DNA from: SAR202 cluster bacterium
GTDB taxonomy: Bacteria > Chloroflexota > Dehalococcoidia > Lucifugimonadales > UBA2985
Assembly: GCA_009391535.1 (NCBI GenBank)
Contig: VFHP01000024.1
Location: 209,976-273,975, forward strand
DNA: 64,000 nucleotides
Direction of reading: 5' to 3'
Notes under the pieces: model-generated
The model's input: only the letters and a program-made list of their open reading frames with translations
Told to the model about the DNA's origin: nothing
Databases searched by the model: none
Position numbers and translations under genes: made by a program
In this document: one piece after another, positions 10,210 through 18,826 of the stretch
Numbering within the stretch: the first letter of the stretch is position 1
How the letters are laid out: each line of letters begins with the position of its first letter

Positions 10210-10500
10210 ATGGATCCAGAATTCATTACAAGTGCAGACTGGGCTAGAATCGGTAATCTACTTCATTTCTTCTGGTACGCTGTCCTTTGTTCTATCGGAT
10301 TCGGATTCAACTTCCTGTTGGCACATGCCATAATACCTTCTCTAGTAAGCACTGGTCATATACCTCAGAGTGTAAACAGGGCAAGGCGCATGTTTTATAT
10401 AGGTGCCTTAGGTTTCTTGTCTCTCGTTGCGCTTAACCTTATAATAATAGCGTCCAAATTAGATACTCTGACGGTCATTTGGGATAGGTCTTGGATTTAA
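10210..10500 (+). CDS. small two-helix membrane protein at the head of the ACIII-like operon
   Basis: 96 aa with two hydrophobic segments (LLHFFWYAVLCSIGFGFNFLLAHAII; MFYIGALGFLSLVALNLIIIA). GAGAGG lies upstream. It is co-directional with actA and 29 nt before it. Confidence 0.5.
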   Translation: MDPEFITSADWARIGNLLHFFWYAVLCSIGFGFNFLLAHAIIPSLVSTGHIPQSVNRARRMFYIGALGFLSLVALNLIIIASKLDTLTVIWDRSWI

Positions 10501-10529
10501 AAATATAAAGCTTATCAATAATAACCATA

Positions 10530-11198
10530 ATGCTTAAGAAACTAATAATATTATTTACTGTGTTGGGTGGATTAGCCGCCGGTGGTCTGGTTACTCTGTT
10601 ATTGGTACTGTTTGTTGCTAGAGCCTGGTGGTCTACCCCATTTGAAGTCGGACCCTTTGGTGGTTCGCCTGAACAACCGATAGAATACCCTCATACAATA
10701 CACGCCGGATCAGGTGTGCTCTTGTTATCAGATGGAAGCCCTAAATTAGATGGAGATGGTAACGAGCTCCATGGATTGGGCCTAGATTGCACATTTTGTC
10801 ATAGGAATGTTGACAAAGGTGAATCTGCTGGAGTACCTCCAGTGGAGCAATGTATATATTGCCACAAAGTTATCAATTCCGATGAAGATTTGCCGGAAGT
10901 TGCCTTACTGATTAAAGCTTGGGAAAACAAGTCTCCAGTAGTGTGGGAGAGAATTCACAGACTACCGGATCACGTAAGATTTGTACATGAAGCACATATA
11001 AGATATTTTACCGAGCCTGGCAATACTATGCCTTCTGGTGAGCAGGCCATAGTGGCTGCTAACGTGTGTGCAGTTTGCCATGGGGATGTAGGAAATATGG
11101 AAGAGGTTAAACAGGTAAGAAGTCTGAAGATGGGCGACTGCGTCGATTGCCACAGGGACAATGGAGCTCCGACGGATTGTACAACATGTCATTATTAA
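10530..11198 (+). CDS. actA: Alternative Complex III pentahaem cytochrome c subunit ActA
   Basis: 222 aa with an N-terminal TM anchor and five CxxCH motifs (CTFCH, CIYCH, CAVCH, CVDCH, CTTCH). It is the first enzyme gene of an act-like cluster. Confidence 0.8.
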   Translation: MLKKLIILFTVLGGLAAGGLVTLLLVLFVARAWWSTPFEVGPFGGSPEQPIEYPHTIHAGSGVLLLSDGSPKLDGDGNELHGLGLDCTFCHRNVDKGESAGVPPVEQCIYCHKVINSDEDLPEVALLIKAWENKSPVVWERIHRLPDHVRFVHEAHIRYFTEPGNTMPSGEQAIVAANVCAVCHGDVGNMEEVKQVRSLKMGDCVDCHRDNGAPTDCTTCHY

Positions 11199-11216
11199 GG
11201 ATGAGTATTTAAAGAA

Positions 11217-13490
11217 ATGGGCATAACTAGAAGACAATTTTTGAAATGGTCAGGCGTATCTGCAATGGGTGCGGTGGTTTTTAATGGGTGTACCACACCA
11301 GAGCAGGAACTTCAGGTTGAAAGTCCAGTAAACATGCCAGAGGATTTGGTTAATGGTATAGATAATTGGTACGCCACCATATGTCGTCAAGAACCTGAAG
11401 CGTGTGGAATAATAGTTAGGGTGGTTGAGGGCAGAGCAAAGAAGATAGAAGGTAATCCTGACTACCCAATAAATAGAGGAAAACACAGTGTCAGAAGTGA
11501 GGCAGGAGTTCAAGCCCTGTATCACCCTGACCGTCTCAGCGGCCCTATCTACAGAGATAGTAGGAATGATGAATTTAGGGAAATATCGCTCGAAGAGGCG
11601 CACAATCTTGTTCTAAACAAGCTTAACGTTCTAAATTCCGAAGGGCAAAATGACCGCGCCTTACTGATAACCCAACCTTTGAGAGGGCACCTAGCAGCAA
11701 TTGCTAGTGAATTTTCTAGTGGATTTGGTGGCAGGCACATGGCTTTTGAAGCACTAGATAAAGTGGCACTTAGAAAGTCTCTGGGCAGGGTATTTGGTCA
11801 GAGTAGATTGCCTAAATTCGACATAGAACATTCGACTTATCTGATATCTTTCGGAGCCGATTTCTTATCCAGTTGGGTATCACCGACTAATCATTCAAGG
11901 GCGTACGGGGAATTTAGGCAAGGACATGCACAAAGGGGAGTTCACGTTCAGGTGGATCCCAGATTTTCAATGAGTGCAGCAAATGCCGACGAATGGCTAC
12001 CTGTGAAGCCAGGTTCTGAAGGAATACTGGCTATGAGTATGATATACGTAATAATCAAGGATGGTCTGGGTGATGTTGCAGCTGCTGATAATCTTACCGG
12101 TGGTCAAGGGCATCAAGCTTTGGAGATTTTTTCTAACAACAGTGCTGGAGTAATTGAAGCTACAGGCATAGATGGCGCTCGCATAGAAAAGATAGCTCAC
12201 GATTTTGCGAATAGCCATCACCCACTCGCAATTGGTGGCGGATCTGCAGGAGCTTCCGCTAATGGAAGTTTTAACTTGGATGCCATATATTCTCTTAATG
12301 TGTTGGTTAATAATCTAAACAAGGAAGGTGGAGTTATTTTCAACCCATCTCCGCCTATATCGGTTTTGGATAATGATTCTGTGTCGGGCGCCGGGATGCC
12401 TTCTTCATATCAAGATTGGAAGAATATCAGCCAACCTAGAGTTGTTATGATCAGAGGTGCAAATCCAATTCATGGTTTACCTTCAAGTGCGGGATTCTCG
12501 AATATTTTGGATAACTCAGAATTCATTATTTCATACTCAAGCTTTATGGATGAAACCGCTGAAAAGGCAGACTTAATTATACCGGAAAGTAACTATCTTG
12601 AAGATTGGGGAGATGATGTGCCAGAGCCGGGTCCTGGTTATCAAGTTATAGGGATTCAACAACCTGTTGTAGGGCGATTCCATCAGGGAACGGTTAACTT
12701 CGGGGATGAGTTAATTTACTACAGCAGATTTCTTGGTTTGGCACTGGACGCCAATTTGGGCTTAACTGAAGGATCTGGATTCAAGGAATTAGTGGAGGGA
12801 AGTATCAGAGAGTTGTGGTCTAAGAATTCAGGTTCTGTGAGGTCTTCTGACTTTGACGCGTTTCGGCAAGGAGTTCTCCAGCGAGGTGGTTGGTGGGATG
12901 TTGAATCCGGGGCTAAAATTGAAGAAATGTCCTCTAACTTACTGGATACTTCTTGGCCTGATGTGTCTTTCGTTGGCACAGGCGAATACAATCTAATACC
13001 ATTTTTGTCCAACTCATTAGGAGATGGAAATCTTGCGCACTTGCCATGGTTACAGGCCGCACCAGATCCTCTTACCTCAGTAGTTTGGAATACTTGGGTA
13101 GAGATAAATAGCAAGAAAGCAGAGGAGCTCGATATAATACAGGGAGACATACTTACAGTAGAATCACCAGCTGGAAGTTTAGAAGCTCCTGCTTACATCC
13201 ATCCAGGCGTACCACCATGGGTTATATCAATGCCTATCGGTCAAGGACATGTTTCATTTGGCAGATATGCTGAAAATGTGGGCGTGAATACTATTTCGTT
13301 ATTGTCTGAAGTTGAAGACAAAGGCAGTGGTAGTTTGGCTTGGGCAGCTAATAAGGTATCAATATCAAAAACTGGTAGACATATTGATATATCTAAATTC
13401 GAAGGAAATGTTCCTGCGTTTGAAGTGGATGAGCAGAGAATTATAAAGATAGCTCCTCCTGAATCGCATGATCATAAAGAACATCATTAA
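11217..13490 (+). CDS. actB1: ACIII ActB N-terminal module (molybdopterin-oxidoreductase-like, B1) encoded as a separate gene
   Basis: 757 aa with a TAT-like N-terminus (MGITRRQFLKWSGVSAMGAVVF) and a MopB-family-like body. It sits directly upstream of the Fe-S module. Confidence 0.75.
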   Translation: MGITRRQFLKWSGVSAMGAVVFNGCTTPEQELQVESPVNMPEDLVNGIDNWYATICRQEPEACGIIVRVVEGRAKKIEGNPDYPINRGKHSVRSEAGVQALYHPDRLSGPIYRDSRNDEFREISLEEAHNLVLNKLNVLNSEGQNDRALLITQPLRGHLAAIASEFSSGFGGRHMAFEALDKVALRKSLGRVFGQSRLPKFDIEHSTYLISFGADFLSSWVSPTNHSRAYGEFRQGHAQRGVHVQVDPRFSMSAANADEWLPVKPGSEGILAMSMIYVIIKDGLGDVAAADNLTGGQGHQALEIFSNNSAGVIEATGIDGARIEKIAHDFANSHHPLAIGGGSAGASANGSFNLDAIYSLNVLVNNLNKEGGVIFNPSPPISVLDNDSVSGAGMPSSYQDWKNISQPRVVMIRGANPIHGLPSSAGFSNILDNSEFIISYSSFMDETAEKADLIIPESNYLEDWGDDVPEPGPGYQVIGIQQPVVGRFHQGTVNFGDELIYYSRFLGLALDANLGLTEGSGFKELVEGSIRELWSKNSGSVRSSDFDAFRQGVLQRGGWWDVESGAKIEEMSSNLLDTSWPDVSFVGTGEYNLIPFLSNSLGDGNLAHLPWLQAAPDPLTSVVWNTWVEINSKKAEELDIIQGDILTVESPAGSLEAPAYIHPGVPPWVISMPIGQGHVSFGRYAENVGVNTISLLSEVEDKGSGSLAWAANKVSISKTGRHIDISKFEGNVPAFEVDEQRIIKIAPPESHDHKEHH

Positions 13491-13519
13491 TAAGTATAGT
13501 TGTTGAGTAGGAGTTTTTA

Positions 13520-14287
13520 ATGGCTACAGAGACAATAAATCATAAGTGGGGAATGGTAATAGATATAGATCGCTGCACAGGCTGTCAAGCATGCGTTGTC
13601 GCTTGTCAGGCGGAAAATAACATCCCACTTAACACAGAAGATAGATTCAGACAACGCAGAGCTATTGAATGGATAAGAGTGGAACGATACTGGGAAGGTG
13701 AATTCCCAAACATAAAAGCTAGATTTATACCGATCCTATGTCAACATTGTGAAAATGCCCCCTGTGAACCAGTTTGTCCTGTGTATGCCACTTATCACAA
13801 TAATCAGGGTATGAACGTTCAGGTTTATAACAGGTGTGTTGGTACCCGATATTGCGCCAATAACTGTTCTTATCAAGTGAGATTTTTCAATTTTTGGGAG
13901 CCGGTATGGCCCGAATCCCTCAAGAATCAGTTAAACCCGGACGTCACGGTTAGGAGCAGAGGCATAATGGAAAAGTGCACCTTCAACATCCAGAGACTGC
14001 GCAAAGCTGAAAGAGTAATAGAAGGACAACGCGGTGAGAGGATTACAGACGAAAATCTAAAAGAAGGCAACTTTTTACCAGCTTGTGTCCAGGCATGTCC
14101 TACAGATACATTAATTTTTGGCGACTGGAATGATCCATCTAGTAAAATATCTAATTTGAAAGAAAAACATTTTGTGGATGGTGGTAGAGGATATAAACTT
14201 TTAGGTGACTTAGGAACTCAACCAAACGTGATTTATTTAAAGAAAGTAGATATTAATGCCGAACATAAGGTGGATGCTCATGCATGA
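13520..14287 (+). CDS. actB2: ACIII ActB C-terminal module (4Fe-4S ferredoxin-type, B2) encoded as a separate gene
   Basis: 255 aa with Cys clusters CTGCQACVVAC, CQHCENAPCEPVCP, CVGTRYCANNC and CVQACP, typical of PsrB/NrfC/ActB2 iron-sulfur subunits. Confidence 0.85.
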   Translation: MATETINHKWGMVIDIDRCTGCQACVVACQAENNIPLNTEDRFRQRRAIEWIRVERYWEGEFPNIKARFIPILCQHCENAPCEPVCPVYATYHNNQGMNVQVYNRCVGTRYCANNCSYQVRFFNFWEPVWPESLKNQLNPDVTVRSRGIMEKCTFNIQRLRKAERVIEGQRGERITDENLKEGNFLPACVQACPTDTLIFGDWNDPSSKISNLKEKHFVDGGRGYKLLGDLGTQPNVIYLKKVDINAEHKVDAHA

Positions 14288-15656
14288 ATCCCACCACGTA
14301 GTAGCACCATCATATCTTGATATGACTGCTCAGGAGATAACTAACGATGTGCTAAAAAGGCATCACTCTCCAGGCAACCAGTTTTGGACAATCGCCATGA
14401 TACTTGGTGGGCTGTTTGTTGTAGGATTAGTTGGATTGTTTATGCTGATTGCAGATGGCTTCGATAACAAGTCAGCCTGGGGTTACTACGCTGCTACATT
14501 TGGCTACGTTTTTAGTTTGTCTCAGACAGCAGTTTTGGTGTCGGTAGCGTTACGAATGGCTAAATCCCACTGGCGTCGTCCATTAGCAAGGATTTCAGAG
14601 ATGTTCGCGATAGTGGGTGTCTACAGTTTTGCTATGTTGCTCCCACTGCTGTGGGTATTGCCGTCAATCGAAGGACGAAGAAGTTTGTGGTTCGAATGGC
14701 CGGGTAATACCCCTCATATCTGGGACACAATGGCACTGGGAAGTCTAGTTATTTGTGGGTTGGCGATACTATATTTTGCTTCTCTTCCGGACTTAGTTAC
14801 AGACAAGGAAGTATCTGGTAAATCTGACGAAGATGTTTCTTATCACCCCCTTATACCGCATTGGTTTGGAGCTCCCAAGCATTGGCAGTTGCAAAAAATA
14901 GTATTAGGGCTTCTGGGTGGATTTTATTTCCTGATGCTTATAATTGTCCATATGCTTATAAGTGTCGATTTTGCAATGGCCTTGATTCCGGGATGGAAAG
15001 ATGCGATATTCCCTGCTTTCCACGCTATAAATGGCATTCAAGCTTCGATAGCATTGATAATCGTGACCATGTTTATTTTGAGATCTAGGAGTAGTCTAGG
15101 GAAATACCTAGAACTGGAACAATTTTGGGCCTTGAGCAAGATATTGTTGGCCACATGTTTGCTCTGGTTTTACTTTTGGTGGTCCTCGTTTTTCACGTAT
15201 TGGTATGGAAGAATGCCGGCGGAAATTGGTGTACTCAAGTATATTATGTTTGAGACTTATAGTACGGTGTTTCTCTTGGCCTTCACTATGTGCTTTGTGA
15301 TACCGTTCCTTATACTGGTGGTGAATGTTGTTAGAAAGACCATTTGGGGACCGACATTGGCGGCATCTGTAATATTGATAGGTACCTTCTTCAATCAAGT
15401 AAGATATTATGTGGCTGGATTTTCTGTGGAAGATCATACGTTGCATGTTTTAGAAAATCTGCCAGATTTCACCGCTCCCGGACCGATTGATTTTATGGTT
15501 GTAGTGGGCGGAATATCGGGGGCCGTATTGACCTATATGCTAGGCACACGAATATTTCCAATAATTTCTATATGGGAAATTAAAGAAGGATTAATGTTAC
15601 AGAGAGTCAGAAAATTCATGAAACGAGACATCAGAGTATTGGCGAAACCGGAATAA
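14280..15656 (+). CDS. NrfD/PsrC-like polytopic membrane subunit (ActF-like paralogue of ActC)
   Basis: Polytopic hydrophobic protein, paralogous to the next ORF (shared pattern ...HWRRPLARISE... versus ...EWRRPATRAAE...). I prefer the ATG at 14280 (AAGGTGGA 6 nt upstream, 8-nt overlap with actB2) over 14256. Confidence 0.7.
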   Translation: MHESHHVVAPSYLDMTAQEITNDVLKRHHSPGNQFWTIAMILGGLFVVGLVGLFMLIADGFDNKSAWGYYAATFGYVFSLSQTAVLVSVALRMAKSHWRRPLARISEMFAIVGVYSFAMLLPLLWVLPSIEGRRSLWFEWPGNTPHIWDTMALGSLVICGLAILYFASLPDLVTDKEVSGKSDEDVSYHPLIPHWFGAPKHWQLQKIVLGLLGGFYFLMLIIVHMLISVDFAMALIPGWKDAIFPAFHAINGIQASIALIIVTMFILRSRSSLGKYLELEQFWALSKILLATCLLWFYFWWSSFFTYWYGRMPAEIGVLKYIMFETYSTVFLLAFTMCFVIPFLILVVNVVRKTIWGPTLAASVILIGTFFNQVRYYVAGFSVEDHTLHVLENLPDFTAPGPIDFMVVVGGISGAVLTYMLGTRIFPIISIWEIKEGLMLQRVRKFMKRDIRVLAKPE

Positions 15657-15711
15657 TTATGAATAGAATGTATGAAAAATATGGGATGCTATTTGCCAGG
15701 AGTGTTAAATA

Positions 15712-17088
15712 ATGCAGGAACGAGTCCGAATTTCTGATAGTCAAGTAAACACAGATTTAACTAGTTCTATATTTGAATCGTCCAAACTGTATTGGATTTT
15801 GGTTGGTTTCTTGGCACTTGTTGTGCTGTGTGGTTTTACTGCCGCAGGCTACATGTTTAATAGGGGCCTTGGGGTGACTGGACTGAATAGGCCTGTCATG
15901 TGGGGTTTCTTCATAACTAACTTCGTGTTTTGGATTGGTATAAGTCACGCGGGTGTTATGTTGTCAGCTATACTTAGATTGGTTCAGGCGGAATGGAGAA
16001 GACCTGCTACCAGGGCAGCGGAAGTATTAACAGTTTTCTCTTTGATGACGGCCATGACGATGCCGCTTATTCATGCTGGAAGGCCTTGGCGAGTGGCGTA
16101 TTGGGTCTTTCCCTACGACTGGGCTAGGGGCATATATCCCAATGTGAGATCCGCTTTGGTATGGGACCCATCTGCTGTATTCACGTATCTCACTAGTAGT
16201 ATTTTATTCGTCTATATAGCTCTGATACCAGATTTCGCTGTGTTAAGAGACCGAACAACAGGTGTGCCTCATATCATATACTCTATTTTGTCTTTGGGTT
16301 GGAGGGGAAGTGTTAGGCAGTGGAAATTGCAGATCATAGCAGGTATATTACTATCCGCCATAATCCTGCCTATTTTCGTTTCCGTTCATAGTATAGTTTC
16401 TTGGGACTTTGGTACTGCAATGTCAGTGGAAGCTTGGCACAGTACTGTTTTCGCTCCTTATTTTGTGATTGGAGCGGTCCACTCAGGTGTTTCGGCAGTT
16501 GTTACCGTCATGATAATACTGAGGTGGATGTTTCATTGGGAAGACTATATCAGACGAGAGCACATGGATTCATTGGCTAAGTTACTTATAGTTGTTGCGA
16601 CAGCTTGGTTGTTTTTCTTCGCTCTAGAGTTTTTCTTCGGCCTCTATGCCTTGGAAGGACCTGAAGTTGCCTTAAGAGAACTGCAGGTGTTTGAAGCTCC
16701 TTGGAAATGGTACTTCTTAACTTTCCTAATAACTTCTTACCTTATTCCGGTTCCCATGTGGTTGATTCCAAGTGTGAGGCGGAACCTGTGGTTGATGGCG
16801 TTTACAACGATTTTGGTCAATGTAGGCATGTGGTTTGAAAGATTTATCATTATCGTTCCCGGTCTGATGAGAAAACAGGCATTTGTTTTCACCTGGGGTG
16901 GATACACTCCTAGTATTGTCGAAGTAACAATTATAACCGCTACATTTGCGATGGTCTCGATGCTGGTATTGCTCTTTGCCAAAGTAGTGCCTTTAATACC
17001 GATAGGTGATGCAAAAGAGGGTATGATATTACACGACGAAATTAAAATTGGAAAAGTTATGGTTCCTGCTGTGATGCGGGAAGAGTAA
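15712..17088 (+). CDS. actC: NrfD/PsrC-like quinol-interacting membrane subunit (ActC-like)
   Basis: 458 aa, polytopic. It carries the NrfD-family signature region MWGFFITNFVFWIGISHAGVMLSAILRL. Confidence 0.75.
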   Translation: MQERVRISDSQVNTDLTSSIFESSKLYWILVGFLALVVLCGFTAAGYMFNRGLGVTGLNRPVMWGFFITNFVFWIGISHAGVMLSAILRLVQAEWRRPATRAAEVLTVFSLMTAMTMPLIHAGRPWRVAYWVFPYDWARGIYPNVRSALVWDPSAVFTYLTSSILFVYIALIPDFAVLRDRTTGVPHIIYSILSLGWRGSVRQWKLQIIAGILLSAIILPIFVSVHSIVSWDFGTAMSVEAWHSTVFAPYFVIGAVHSGVSAVVTVMIILRWMFHWEDYIRREHMDSLAKLLIVVATAWLFFFALEFFFGLYALEGPEVALRELQVFEAPWKWYFLTFLITSYLIPVPMWLIPSVRRNLWLMAFTTILVNVGMWFERFIIIVPGLMRKQAFVFTWGGYTPSIVEVTIITATFAMVSMLVLLFAKVVPLIPIGDAKEGMILHDEIKIGKVMVPAVMREE

Positions 17089-17098
17089 TCTGAGGAGG

Positions 17099-17632
17099 TT
17101 GAAATTGGCCAGAAAAAGTATATTGGGATTGTTTGATAACGCAGATTCTGCGGCTGATGCAACCGACGTGTTGCTGGAGGCAGGGGCGACTCAGGATGAT
17201 TTTGACGTCCTGACAGGTAGTCCCTATCCCGAAGGAGCATTTGGTGAGAAAGATCCTGTTCACCACATATACGTGTTTCCAATTATCGGGGCATTGATGG
17301 GCCTTACTATGGCCTTAGTACTTACTGCAGGCACACAAGTAGCTTACCCGATGGTAACAGGAGGAAAACCAATTTTAGCGTTTCCTGCGATGACCATCAT
17401 TTGTTATGAAGGAACGCTTTTAGGAGCCGTGCTCTTCACAATAATTGGTATAATTTTCGAATCCAGATTACCCAGATTGAGATTGGATCCATACGACGCC
17501 CGTATCAATGAAGGATATATTGGTCTACTTGTTACTACAGAGGAAGAAAAATTGGACGACATGGAAAGAGCATTGATTAGAGGAAGTGCACTTGAAGTAG
17601 TTCATGAAAGAGGTAGGGCTTTAAGGGGATAA
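17099..17632 (+). CDS. actD: ACIII subunit ActD (DUF3341-like)
   Basis: 177 aa. A soluble N-terminal domain (LGLFDNADSAADATDVLLEAG...LTGSPYP) is followed by two TM helices. Its position follows the NrfD-like genes. Confidence 0.7.
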   Translation: MKLARKSILGLFDNADSAADATDVLLEAGATQDDFDVLTGSPYPEGAFGEKDPVHHIYVFPIIGALMGLTMALVLTAGTQVAYPMVTGGKPILAFPAMTIICYEGTLLGAVLFTIIGIIFESRLPRLRLDPYDARINEGYIGLLVTTEEEKLDDMERALIRGSALEVVHERGRALRG

Positions 17633-17651
17633 CTGAAGAGTTATATAAACT

Positions 17652-18236
17652 ATGAAAACATCGTTATTCAAAAAACAAAAATTTAATCTGACACTGGTAT
17701 TGATAGTAGTTGGACTTATCTCATCTGCCTGTATGCCTTGGGGTAGAGGAACCTATCAGATTGAAATATTCAGTGAAATGCATTACGCCCAATCCTATAA
17801 GAGCCAAGAACCGCCACGTCTTTATCCGGCCCAGGGATCAGTTCCTTTCATGTCGCATGAAGATGGAACTGATGGGATATTGAATGTCGCGAGTAACTTC
17901 TTGCTAGAAAAAACAGAAGCGACTGTTTCAGCTGGCTCAGGACTATACCAAGTTAATTGCGCCGCTTGTCACGGAATGACAGGTAAGGGTGATGGGGCGG
18001 CTAAAAGTTACTTAATAAAGCACGGTGGGCTACCACCGGCTGATATTACTGGACCAGCTACGGCAATGGCATCAGATACGGAATTGAAAGGGTTTATAGG
18101 GTTAGGGGGCCGTATAGGTTATTACTCAGGTGGTAATAAATATGACTCCCCGTCGGCTATGCCTATGTTTAATAAACTGCTTACTGATGAAGAACTGTGG
18201 CAATTGGTTCACTATGTACGTAGTTTACAGAACTAG
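17652..18236 (+). CDS. actE: ACIII monohaem cytochrome c subunit ActE (probable lipoprotein)
   Basis: 194 aa with a signal peptide ending in ..GLISSAC, a single CAACH haem motif, and a distal Met region (SAMPMF). Confidence 0.75.
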   Translation: MKTSLFKKQKFNLTLVLIVVGLISSACMPWGRGTYQIEIFSEMHYAQSYKSQEPPRLYPAQGSVPFMSHEDGTDGILNVASNFLLEKTEATVSAGSGLYQVNCAACHGMTGKGDGAAKSYLIKHGGLPPADITGPATAMASDTELKGFIGLGGRIGYYSGGNKYDSPSAMPMFNKLLTDEELWQLVHYVRSLQN

Positions 18237-18344
18237 TGGTCGAACATATTGTAATACGTGTTGTGATTATTTACCCTTGATTCTACATTTATGATCCCGT
18301 TGATTGGATTGGAATTGATTCCTCTTACAAACCTAATTAAGCTC

Positions 18345-18373
18345 TTGTTATTGATTACCATGAGATGTAGAAT
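18345..18373 (+). promoter_or_regulatory. candidate promoter upstream of rplS
   Basis: TTGTTA (18345-18350), a 17-nt spacer, then TAGAAT (18368-18373), about 55 nt upstream of the rplS ATG. Confidence 0.35.
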
Positions 18374-18426
18374 ATTGGACGTAAAAATACATACTGTTGA
18401 CGAACAATTGACACAAGGACAAATAG

Positions 18427-18780
18427 ATGGACTTAAACTCTATAGCGTTAGTTGAAAGAAACGAAAAAATACAGGAATTCTCTCCTGGGGACACAGTGAA
18501 GGTGACTATAAGGATAAGAGAAGGGGAACGGGAAAGGCTTCAGGCGTTTCAAGGTGATGTCATTCGCACGAGAGGTAATGGCGTGGGTTCCACTTTTACT
18601 GTTAGGCGCGTTTCTTATGGTGTAGGAGTTGAGAGGACCTTCGCATACTATTCTCCGACATTAGATGCCGTTGACTTGGTACGGCATGGGAAAGTTCGTA
18701 GGGCAAGACTTTATTACCTCAGAGACAGGTACGGTAAATCAGCTAGAATCAAGGAAGATCGAAGACGGTCTAGAAGGTAA
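18427..18780 (+). CDS. rplS: 50S ribosomal protein L19
   Basis: 117 aa; [29 protein letters not shown]...[13 protein letters not shown] is the L19 family pattern. Confidence 0.95.
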   Translation: MDLNSIALVERNEKIQEFSPGDTVKVTIRIREGERERLQAFQGDVIRTRGNGVGSTFTVRRVSYGVGVERTFAYYSPTLDAVDLVRHGKVRRARLYYLRDRYGKSARIKEDRRRSRR

Positions 18781-18826
18781 AATGACTCGTAGTCACACAT
18801 CTGTGGCTTGATATTAAAGACCAAAG

